DNA of 43,721 bases, from contig NIVC01001290.1 of NCBI GenBank assembly GCA_002269645.1, positions 1-43,721 on the forward strand, given 5' to 3'. Shown in pieces: positions 1 through 9,586 of the stretch. The stretch is from Macrostomum lignano (taxonomy: Eukaryota). Both the position numbers and the translations under genes were made by a program. Position 1 is the first letter of the stretch, and each line of letters begins with the position of its first letter. The notes below the pieces were generated by a model. That model did not search any database, had not been told where the DNA came from, and was given only the letters and a program-made list of their open reading frames with translations.

Positions 1-3000
1 GGCGGAGTGTTCCATAAACTCGGCATCATCCGGTATCATACGGGACTTTGAAATGTCGATCTGACGCCTGATCGCCCGGATCTGCTCGATGGTCGGCGGG
101 CCCGACAGGGAGCCTGAGAGGCGCCGTAACGGCCCAGGTACTTGTTGTACAGGTTTGCGCCCTTGATGTCCCCTCGGGGTTGTCGCTGCGGGGTTTGCAG
201 TTGATAGAGTGGTGATAGAAGCTACTGGTATCAAACACATTCCTGGTTCATTTAATGGGTTCCGGACCTTCTGGTGTCACCTTAGGGGCCTCAGTGTCAC
301 CCTAGGGGTTCCAGTTTCATCGATAAATTTCAGGTACACCTGACGCATTCGGCTGATTGAAAGCCTACATAAGCAATATGAACTCACCTACAAAGTAGAT
401 CCTCTTGATGGGCCCAGCCCCGGAATCTGCATAGCCAGTTTGGCGATCGTGTGCTCGGAAAATCGATAAGTGATCTCCGACGGTTTGCCAATCAGGTGCG
501 TGTATTGCAGCGCGTTGCCCGTGATCTTTTCGTAGAGAGCCTCCAGGCAGAGCAGGAATGAGCCATGGCCAAACCTGTAAAGGTATAAGCGTGCGAATAC
601 TACTAAATAAGTAGTTGAACAAGTCGATAACAGTAAAACATACACAATAATGATAGTTGTCACACCTCGGCATACAGGCCTCCGCCTTGAAGACCAGATC
701 CATATTGCAAGCCAGGATGGGCAGGTGTGTGTCCGGGTACCGCTCCGGGGCCTTGTCCGGTTTGCCGTTGGTCACCAGCAGGTCGATGATGAGCTGCAGG
801 TAGGATCCCAGCGGTCCGGCTCGCGATTGAGATTATGCCTAGGGATTTTGGGATTTTAACGTTTCGTCACATTGCAATTTGATATGTGACCAGCTCGTGT
901 TCGCGTTCATAGGCTGGGGAACTCCTGACCTTTCCATTTCACTAACTGGAATTCCCTCTATCCTTCGATGTTTGGAATTCTCCAAATGGATTTCCCTTCC
1001 ACTTGATACTTTGGGATTTTCATTGTGGACTCCCCATCCAGTTCAATAACTTCAATAACTGGGATTCCCTATTATGGATTCCCATCCAATTCAATAACTG
1101 GGATTCCCTATTATGGATTCCCCATCCAGTTCAATAACTGAGATTCCCTATGATGGATTCCCCATCCAATTCAATAACTGGGATTCCCTATTATGGATTC
1201 CCATCCAATTCAATAACTGGGATTCCCTATTATGGATTCCCCATCCAGTTCAATAACTGAGATTCCCTATGATGGATTCCCCATCCAATTCAATAACTGG
1301 GATTCCCTATTATGGATTCCCCATCGAGTTCAATAATTGGGATTCCCTATTATGGATTCCCCATTCAGTTCAATAACTGGGATTCCTTATTATGGATTCC
1401 CCATTCAGTTCAATAACTGAGATTCCCTATTATGGATTCCCCATTCAGTTTAATAACTGGGATTCCCTATTATGGATTCCCCACCGAGTTCAATAATTGG
1501 GATTCCCTATTATGGATTCCCCATTCAGTTCAATAACTGGGATTCCCTATTATGGATTCCCCATTCAGTTCAATAACTGAGATTCCCTATTATGGATTCC
1601 CCACCGAGTTCAATAATTGGGATTCCCTATTATGGATTCCCCATTCAGTTCAATAACTGGGATTCCCTATTATGGATTCCCCATTCAGTTCAATAACTGA
1701 GATTCCCTATTATGGATTCCCCTCAAGTTAAACAACTGGGATTCCCTATTGTGGATTCTCCCTCCAATTTGCCAAGTGAGATCCTCAGTTGTGGATTCTC
1801 TATATTCGAATCACCACAGGCTTACATTCGATTCTTGGAAAGTCGGGATTCTCCACATAGCCGTTTGCCTGAAATGTTGATAAGTAACGGTTCTATTAAC
1901 TAGAGCAATATTATTAGAACTACTAAAATTAGTATTAAAAAATTTGCTCACCACCGACTTTCTATTGTTGTGATCCACCATGTCCAGCAGGGGATAAGCT
2001 TTCTTCACATCTTCGAGCTCGCAAACATTTGTGAAGCCCAGACTAAAAAGATCAGAGATGATTTGGAGTAATAAATAGTGCTCCAGGCGCAATGGACTCC
2101 CGCGGGGAACCCCACTCTAGGGGCTTGGCTAGAAAAATCCAATTTCTCGATATGCACCAGCTTTCTTCTTCAGCTGATCACGGAAAACTGTTTCCTATTT
2201 CATTCGCCTCCAGTCCAGAGATTAATTAGGGGTCCATGTTGCAGCAGCCCCCCCGCCACTCGCCTCTCAGCAATCTCCAGAATCGGTCCCTGACCAACGA
2301 ACAGGACCCGCTTGTGGTGCCACTTGGTGAACACGGAGAGCGGCGACTGCGAGTGGATGCACTGGTCCGGGCTGACCTGCGGGCGGATTCGGATTGAGCA
2401 ATTATGAGCGATTACTTATGGCGGTATTTAATGCCATAGGTACAGAGGACTCTTATGTGGATATTATCAACTATGAGCATGCACTCTGTGTACAATTAAA
2501 TTACGATATAATAGACGTACAAAAACGCAAGCACTAACATACGTCCAAACGTAAGGGTCCGTAGCCTAATGGCCTCTGGTGTACCAGCGGCCCAGGCTCG
2601 ATTCCCAGTGCAGTCACATTAATTTGGGGCTAAATTTTAATCTCAGCTTGGCTCTTTGCTTGTGCAATTAACGGCCTTGAGGGCCAACCCCCAAGGCACA
2701 GTGAAGTGTACATGCCTAACGATAATAAAGTTAGGGCCGGTGTACACTCCTGTGTGACTGCGTACGTATCCGCGCACTTGTGTGCCTGCTGAGGGGAGTC
2801 GTCGGAGTGGGCAGTAACGTTTCCTAAAGTACTGTAAGGTACCCCCTGGGTCTTGCTGTCCATTAGCAGAGTTGAATTGATGAAAACTTTAATTTATTTG
2901 GGCAATCAAACTCGAGCCCCGCCAGGTCTCACCTGCACGTCGAACCACTGCGACAGCTTCTTCGCCTTGCTGTCGCCCAATGCGCAGCCGTTAGTGACGA

Positions 3001-3766
3001 AGGCGAACGGCACCCGCGGCCGGCCGGTCTCCGGGCAGATCAGCATGCGAATGGCCTCGCGCGCCTGCGGCAGCGGGTTCAGGCCCAGCGCGATCACCCC
3101 GTCGATGTCAAACAGCACGCCGAACTCGATCTGGTCGAGACGAGACCGGATCTTCCTGATCCCATCCTGTCTGACCCCATCCTGTCTGATCCCATCCTGT
3201 CTGATCCCATCCTGTCTGATCCCATCCTGTCTGATCCCATCCTGTCTGATCCCATCCTGTCTGATCCCATCCTGTCTGATCCCATCCTGTCTGATCCCAT
3301 CCTGTCTGATCCCATCCTGTCTGATCCCATCCTGTCTGATCCCATCCTGTCTGATCCCATCCTGTCTGATCCCATCCTGTCTGATCCCATCCTGTCTGAT
3401 CCCATCCTGTCTGATCCCATCCTGTCTGATCCCATCCTGTCTGATCCCATCCTGTCTGATCCCATCCTGTCTGATCCCATCCTGTCTGATCCCATCCTGT
3501 CTGATCCCATCCTGTCTGATCCCATCCTGTCTGATCCCATCCTGTCTGATCCCATCCTGTCTGATCCCATCCTGTTATCGCATCCTATCTGATCGGATCT
3601 TGTCGGATCTCTATCTAGTTTAATTCCAATAGCCAGTGAACTCAACTCTCGGTGATCCGGTACTCACCTTGGTCTCCTCGACTCCGGGATCATCAAACGC
3701 GTCGCTGGCCTCCTCGGCATCGCAGGATGACAGGTCCTCCCGGTCGCTTGTTCCGTTGCTACCCAT
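1..3766 (-). CDS. HDHD5: HAD-superfamily class IIA hydrolase HDHD5/CECR5-like; spliced, C-terminus beyond window start, 3' exons frameshifted
   Basis: Exons 3766-3668 (MGSNGTSDRE...EETK), 3130-2933 (FGVLFDIDGV HAD motif I; FAFVTNG), 2376-2264 (VSPDQCIHSQSP...GQGPI), 2042-1952 (LGFTNV...YPLLDMVD), about 845-666 (EPDRW..YLQLIIDLLVTNG...ILACNMDLVFKAEACMPR), 574-388 (FGHGSFLLCLEALYEKITG...GKPSEITY), 185-<1 (DNP..DIKGANLYNKYL). Phases are consistent for the first four exons; the 5' boundary of the 845-666 exon is unresolved. Confidence 0.93.
1030..1755. repeat. Intronic minisatellite, 40-bp unit (gattccctattatggattccccattcagttcaataactgg), about 17 copies
   Basis: Directly visible 40-nt periodicity inside an HDHD5 intron. 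Confidence 0.95.
2555..2610 (+). mobile_element. Degenerate tRNA-like head, probable SINE remnant
   Basis: A-box-like TAGCCTAATGG (2562-2572) and B-box-like GGCTCGATTCC (2595-2605); no complete cloverleaf. Confidence 0.4.
3155..3575. repeat. Intronic minisatellite, 15-bp unit (gatcccatcctgtct), about 28 copies
   Basis: Near-perfect tandem array; explains the PSCLI and MGSDR ORFs in the track. Confidence 0.97.
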
Positions 3767-4289
3767 ATTTTTGCCTGCTTTTACTGGCTGGTTGCACCTG
3801 TAAAAATCTTCTGCCAACACCTTTTTATGCAGAGCATGAGCTCTCTCCAAGGCGAAGAAGTGCTCACTGTTTATCTCACCAGCTCCGACTTTGAAGAAGA
3901 AAGAAATTCGCAGGGTCTGATCTGAGGCCAGTTTGCACAACCTTTGCTTGTCGGGCAGCGCTTTTTAAAAAACGATTTGAACGCAACATTTCTTGAGGGG
4001 GGGGGGCTTGCAGAGGGCCGCTCTGAACTTGCGCAAGCTGCCTGCCGTGATAAAAGTGAAGCTCGGAGCAGATTCTGGCACCTGGAAAAAATCGAGCTAC
4101 CCCAGTAGATTACGGCAAGAGTTCTCGTACTTTTTGAAACTATCTTGGTTTAGAACTCAGTGCTGGCAGATAGGCCTGACCTGCTCAGCACAGCTTTAGA
4201 GTTTGTGAAATTCAGGCAATGTCAGGAATAGGACAGGAATAGTGGAGTTTCATAAGCTCGAGACGAAGCTATTGCGCGGCGCATCTGAA

Positions 4290-4500
4290 GGCTGCGTACG
4301 GCTGTTCAGTCCAAGGACTGGGGGTCGCCACACACACCCTCAATTACCACAGCTAATGCTGGCACCCATTTTACAACTGAGTGAAATGAAACAATGCAGA
4401 GGTAAGTGTCTTGCTCAAGGACACAAATTGTTCCGATTGGGTCAAGAATCGAACCCCCAACCTTTCAGTCAAGAGTCCGACACTCTAACCACTAAGCTAA
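4290..4500 (-). mobile_element. tRNA-derived SINE
   Basis: Minus strand reads TAGCTTAGTGG (A box) ... GGTTCGATTC (B box), followed by GTGTCCTTGAGCAAGACACTTACC (4424-4401), which resembles the conserved central domain of CORE/V-type SINEs. The 3' boundary is approximate. Confidence 0.75.
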
Positions 4501-4608
4501 AACTCTCTACGGCGAAACTTAAACAATTTTGACAATGTAAGTTTTCATGCTTGCGAAGTTCTAGCCTGTGAAAGCAACCCCAATTGATCAATCAATCAAT
4601 CGATCAAC

Positions 4609-5130
4609 AGTCAATCTGTGACAGCCAATCTGTGACAGTCAATCTGTTACAGTCAATCTGTGACAGTCCATCTGTGACAGTCAATCTGTGACAGTCAATC
4701 TGTGACAGTCAATCTGTGACAGTCAATCTGTGACAGTCAATCTGTGACAGTCAATCTGTGACAGTCAATCTGTGACAGTCAATCTGTGACAGTCAATCTG
4801 TGACAGTCAATCTGTGACAGTCAATCTGTGACAGTCAATCTGTGACAGTCAATCTGTGACAGTCAATCTGTGACAGTCAATCTGTGACAGTCAATCTGTG
4901 ACAGTCAATCTGTGACAGTCAATCTGTGACAGTCAATCTGTGACAGTCAATCTGTGACAGTCAATCTGTGACAGTCAATCTGTGACAGTCAATCTGTGAC
5001 AGTCCATCTGAATCTGTGACAGTCAATCTGTGACAGTCAATCTGTGACAGTCAATCTGTGACAGTCAATCTGTGACAGTCAATCTGTGACAGTCAATCTG
5101 TGACAGTCAATCTGTGACAGTCAATCTGTG
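4609..5130. repeat. Minisatellite, 14-bp unit (gtcaatctgtgaca), about 37 copies
   Basis: Near-perfect tandem array. Confidence 0.97.
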
Positions 5131-5689
5131 CAAAAAATTACGCGTCTTTCGTTCTTGTTTCATTTTTCTGCTAACGCAGACAAAAAAAGGTTTAATTGAC
5201 CCGCACTTGCACAGTAGGGTGCACACTCAGCCGTACGATTGCTCAAAAACTCAGTTTTAGTACAAGTGCTTTAGTGTTATTGAAAAAAAAGATTTGAGCT
5301 GCTTTGGAATGCCGGCAGGCACAGCTTTGCACGCGAGGGGCCGCTGCGAGAAACGGCTGGCAGTTGCTTGATAAGAAATCGAGTTGTCAAACTTTAACTG
5401 AGCGTTTTTCCGCTTTGATAAAAGATATACTTTTATAGGTATCAGGTACTGTTGCGATTAAATAAATGCAATCTATTTGTGGTCATCCCCACTTGCTGCG
5501 AAAGTCATTTGCTCCTTGTTACTTTCACCTTGTCACTCTCCCCGTTCACTATCGACTTGCCACTCTTCCCTTATTACTCTCAACTTAGTACTCTCCCCTG
5601 TCACTCTCAATAAACTTAGTACTTTCCCAGTCACTCTTATCATGTCACTCCCAATTCACCAACCGCACTACCTCTGCATCTCTACCGCT

Positions 5690-5875
5690 CTCCCTTGCGC
5701 TGATTGGCTGCCAATCTACCACCCTGCCTCTCTATCTCTACCCCTCTCTCTGTGATAATTGGCTGCCGATCTACAACCCTGCCTCTTCACCTCTACCCCT
5801 CTCTCTGTGATAATTGGCTGCCGATCTATAACCCTGCCTCTCCATCTCTACCCCTCTCTCTGTGCTGATTGGCTT
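5690..5875. repeat. About 55-bp tandem repeat with ATTGGCTGCC core, about 3 copies
   Basis: Unit tgataattggctgccgatctacaaccctgcctc...tacccctctctctg; same family as 7270-7640. Confidence 0.85.
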
Positions 5876-6259
5876 GCAGTATCTAATCACTTTCTCGTTA
5901 ATTATTTAGCCAGTTGTAAGTAAGAGAGGCAAAATAATTGTGTTTCTACGTTGAACGGAAGCAAATACTCAGAAATTATCAATGGTGTATTTGTAGCACG
6001 AAAATATTATAAAAAGCCTTTTTATGCGAGCCTTTCGTCTCATTTCGCTGCAGTCACGTGACCACTGACTGTAGACGGCAACATAAGCTGCGTCGGTTTT
6101 ACAAGCTAAAATTCGACTGCAAAAAAGAGTTGAAACGCAGTGTTGATACCTCTTTAGCTTTTAATAAAACGTGATAAGTTATATTGTTAATATTATTTAA
6201 TAACTGCTCAGATTGCGCTTGAGTTTGGTTGTGAAGACCAGCTATAAGATTAGAGCTGC

Positions 6260-9153
6260 TCACTGGCTGCGCTGTCTTGGCGGCTCGTCGCCCATCGATG
6301 CTTCGACGTTTGCCGACACCGTCGACTGCCGCTGCGGCTGTCGCAGCTGCTGCTTCTGCTGTTGCTGCTGCTGCTGTTGTTTCTGGGGCTCCTCCTTCAC
6401 CAGCGGCACTAGGCAGCGGCGGGCCCTGCTGCGGTAGGTGCTGATGAATGGATCATCAATGCAATGATCTACGTATAGATAATCCGGCCTGACGCTCATG
6501 TCCACCTTGCTAACTGAGCCGGTCATCTCTGTGACCCACTGCTCCCAGCTGTCCGCGATGATCTTCCTTGGAGGCACCAGGATTTGTACTTTCGCTGCAA
6601 TTATCAAATAATTAAATTTTGGACACTGCAGATACTCAGTACGAAAATTAACTGGAGAGAGGTAATTTCACCAGCCAATCAGCAATCAGGATGGACAGAG
6701 ATGCAGGGAAACAAAGGGAAGGTAATATTTTCCCAAACCAATCAGTGGCACGAGGTGGGGCAGGGATGCAAAGACAGGGTAGGAGAGAGATTCCAGCCAA
6801 TCAGCGACAAGGAAGCGAAGGCAGAAAGTTCGACAGAGATCAAACAGGAAACGGAGATCAGTTTAAATATTCACTTACATTTTCTGTCATCCAGCTGCAC
6901 TTGACCCCGCCTCGGATACCAGATGAGGCTCTGGCAGTCGGCAGCGCTCAGCGAGCTCAACGCGGAGGCTGGCAGCCGTCGGCGCTCTCCTTCGCAGACC
7001 TTGGGTCCGATCAGGCACCTACGGCAGCCGCGGACCCGGTTGCCAAGACTCTGGTCCGGGTCGATGTCGATGGCCACTTGGAGGTCCCACTTCACCGTGG
7101 CCAGGACGCTAATTTTCTCGCTCCTCCAGTCGATTTCGCCAGCCTCCAATTCGACCAGAGATTTGCGTGTTCTGAGCGGGAAGGAAAAGTAGTGCTCAAA
7201 AAGTAAAAAAAAAACTTTTCCGCAAGGAAATCATAAATTTTCACTTTGCTGCATCTCTGGATTTCAGAGTTGTATCAGCTGATTGGCTGAGAGCACTTCT
7301 CTGTGCTAATTGGCTGCCAGCCTTCCTATCTACATGTACCCCTTCCTCTGTACTGATTGGCTGCCAATCTACCGCCCTCCGTCTCCCTTTTAACCCCTGC
7401 TCTCTGTGCTTATTGGCTGCCGAGTGCCAACCTCCCTCACTATCCCCTCTCTATGCACTGATTGGCTGCCAATCTACCACCCTGCCTCTCCATCTCTACC
7501 CCTCTCTCTGTGATAATTGGCTGCCAATCTACCACCCTGCCTCTCCATCTCTACCCCCTCTCTCTGTGATAATTGGCTGCCAATCTACCGCCTTCCGTTT
7601 CCCTCTCTACCTTTCTCTCCTCGCTGATTGGCTACCAAACGACCACGCAGGCTTTAGAACTCTGTCAAATATCTGTTAATTAGTCGCTAACATATCGCCT
7701 TGCCCTATTACGTTAAACACTATTCAAAGCCATTACCTGAATGCAACAAGCCAGAGCACTATTCGATTTCTACGAACAACTTTCGTTAGTCGATTTGACC
7801 GACTTAAAATCCACCAGTTGATTGTGGGCTCGTGATACTCTTCGAACTGAATGCAGGTGGTGCACTTTCGCATTTCGCCTCGCCTGATGCGGAGGACATT
7901 GTTACCTGGCGGGGTTGCAGGTACATGAACAGTGATGTCAGGCTATGGCATGAAAATGATTATTCGAAGCAACCAGAATTTTGCTTGTGGCGCGACAGTC
8001 GGACGTGTTAAGCGCCCAAGTGTCCTAATAATTTTTAGTCAACTTTTATAAACTGCGAGCTAAAATTAATTCCTCAATATTTCGTTGAAAGGCGTTGTGA
8101 CTTAAGCAGACAAGTCATTTCTCGTAAAAGATAAGCATCTTATTAGCTGTCAATTATTCGATCGGTTGAGTCAATGAAGTTCCTAATGTTTCCTCGATAG
8201 TGTATTTATTTAGGCATATATAGCCTATATTTCTAAGAAACGAAGTGTCTGGGTATATTCTACTAAGATGTCGTCAACACAATCACGCGGAGCAGTCTTA
8301 CCCATGATGTAGGGTGTGCTGCTGTTTCCGCTGCTTGAATTCACCATTTTCTGCTTGCCACTCTTTAGCGGGTGCAGCTCCCAGCGGGCCTTGCCTGAAG
8401 AGCCAAACACGTTTTCGCTTTCCATTCGATCTGTTGCCTGTACGAAACCTATTAGCCAGTCATGATTGGCTATCGATTTTTGGATCTGTGATAGGAAATG
8501 GAGATGAATATGCGAGGTACTGCTGGCTATTAATTCTGCAGCTGTCTTTCTCTCCCTCTGACCCTCTCTAAACGATTCTGAGCTGTCTTTCTCTCCCTCA
8601 AATTTCTAACGCTTTCTAGCTGCTGATTGGCTAACCATTCTGCAGCTGTCTCTTCTCTTTCTCAAATGTCTGACCCTTTCTAGCCGCTGATTGGCTGACG
8701 ATTCTGCAGCTGTCTTTCTCTCCCTCAAATTTCTGACCCTTTCTAGCTGCTGATTGGCTAACCATTCTGCAGCTGTCTCTCTTTCTCAAATGTCTGACCC
8801 TTTCTAGCCGCTGATTGGCTATCGATTCTGCAGCTGTCTTTCTCTCCCTAAAATTTCTGACCCTTTCTAGCCGCTGATTGGTGTTGATGAGAACTTCTGG
8901 TGTCTTATAAGCTACCATCTGGAAGAATTATACAAAATAACAGAACGGTAATAAGCTTTCTTACCTTGACATGAGCCTTAACCATAATTGACGGTGTCCT
9001 ATAGAGCAGGTAGCGGTCCTCCTCTCTAGTCACGATGCCGCAGTCGTGAACCCGATCGTTGGACTGACTGGCTAACGGCGAATCCAATTTGAAGACCTCC
9101 AGATAATATTCGATGCTGCCAGTAGAAAGAATCTTGTGCTCGGTTGACGCCAT
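6260..9153 (-). CDS. Multi-exon protein-coding gene of unknown function
   Basis: Exons 9153-8965 (MASTEHKILSTGSIEYYLEV...KAHVK, AAAATGG start), 8918-8862, 8437-8302, about 7945-7737 (PDITVHVPATPPG...RKCTTCIQFEEYHEPTINWW...), about 7249-6906 (needs a frame correction at the A10 run 7205-7214), about 6594-6260 (poly-Q, TGA). Most junctions are phase-compatible; the 8302 to 7945 junction is not resolved. No family recognised. Confidence 0.65.
7270..7640. repeat. About 55-bp degenerate tandem repeat with ATTGGCTGCCAAT core (intronic)
   Basis: About 7 copies of (g/a)attggctgccaatctacc...; same family as 5690-5875. Confidence 0.85.
8500..8880. repeat. About 62-bp tandem repeat containing gctgattggct (AGCCAATCAGC on - strand), about 6 copies
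   Basis: Unit ctgcagctgtctttctct...ctgaccctttctagccgctgattggct; overlaps the proposed donor at 8861. Confidence 0.9.
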
Positions 9154-9586
9154 TTTATAGTACTTGATTATCGTTTCAGCCACCAGATTGGCTAGTTGTT
9201 CCTACACCACACTAATCTCTTAATAGGTATTGCAATTATCTAACACGGCTAATTATTATTGAGTGATAAAGCTAGTTATTTCGGCTGGTCAGTATTAGTC
9301 AGGAAGACGACTCACGCCAAGGTGCAGCGCACGGCTAGAAAGAACGCATTCTACTGTTTAAACCGGCATCCCGGGCGGCTCGGGCAGCCATAGACGCTAA
9401 TTATGGGCTCTTAAAGTCTGCTTCATTCGACACAATTGTCTATGGCAAAGCGCGGAGATCTGTACCTTGAACAACGAAATTGATTCTAAAGCAAATTAGT
9501 TGATGGCATTTTAAATAGCCCCTCAAGTCCGGAGTCAGAGCTAAATATTAGCTAACATCGCAAATACAGCAGAGAGATTTTTATAT

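Noticed and set aside
1030-1755. CRISPR-like regular repeats
   Set aside because: Units are contiguous with no unique spacers, there are no cas genes, and the context is eukaryotic. The same applies to all other arrays.
2853-3645. Long repetitive ORFs (PSCLI)n and (MGSDR)n
   Set aside because: Translations of a 15-bp intronic minisatellite that lacks stops; the real coding exon is on the - strand at 3130-2933.
4430-4500. Functional tRNA gene
   Set aside because: A and B boxes are present but the acceptor stem is poor and it continues into a SINE-type body; treated as a SINE head.
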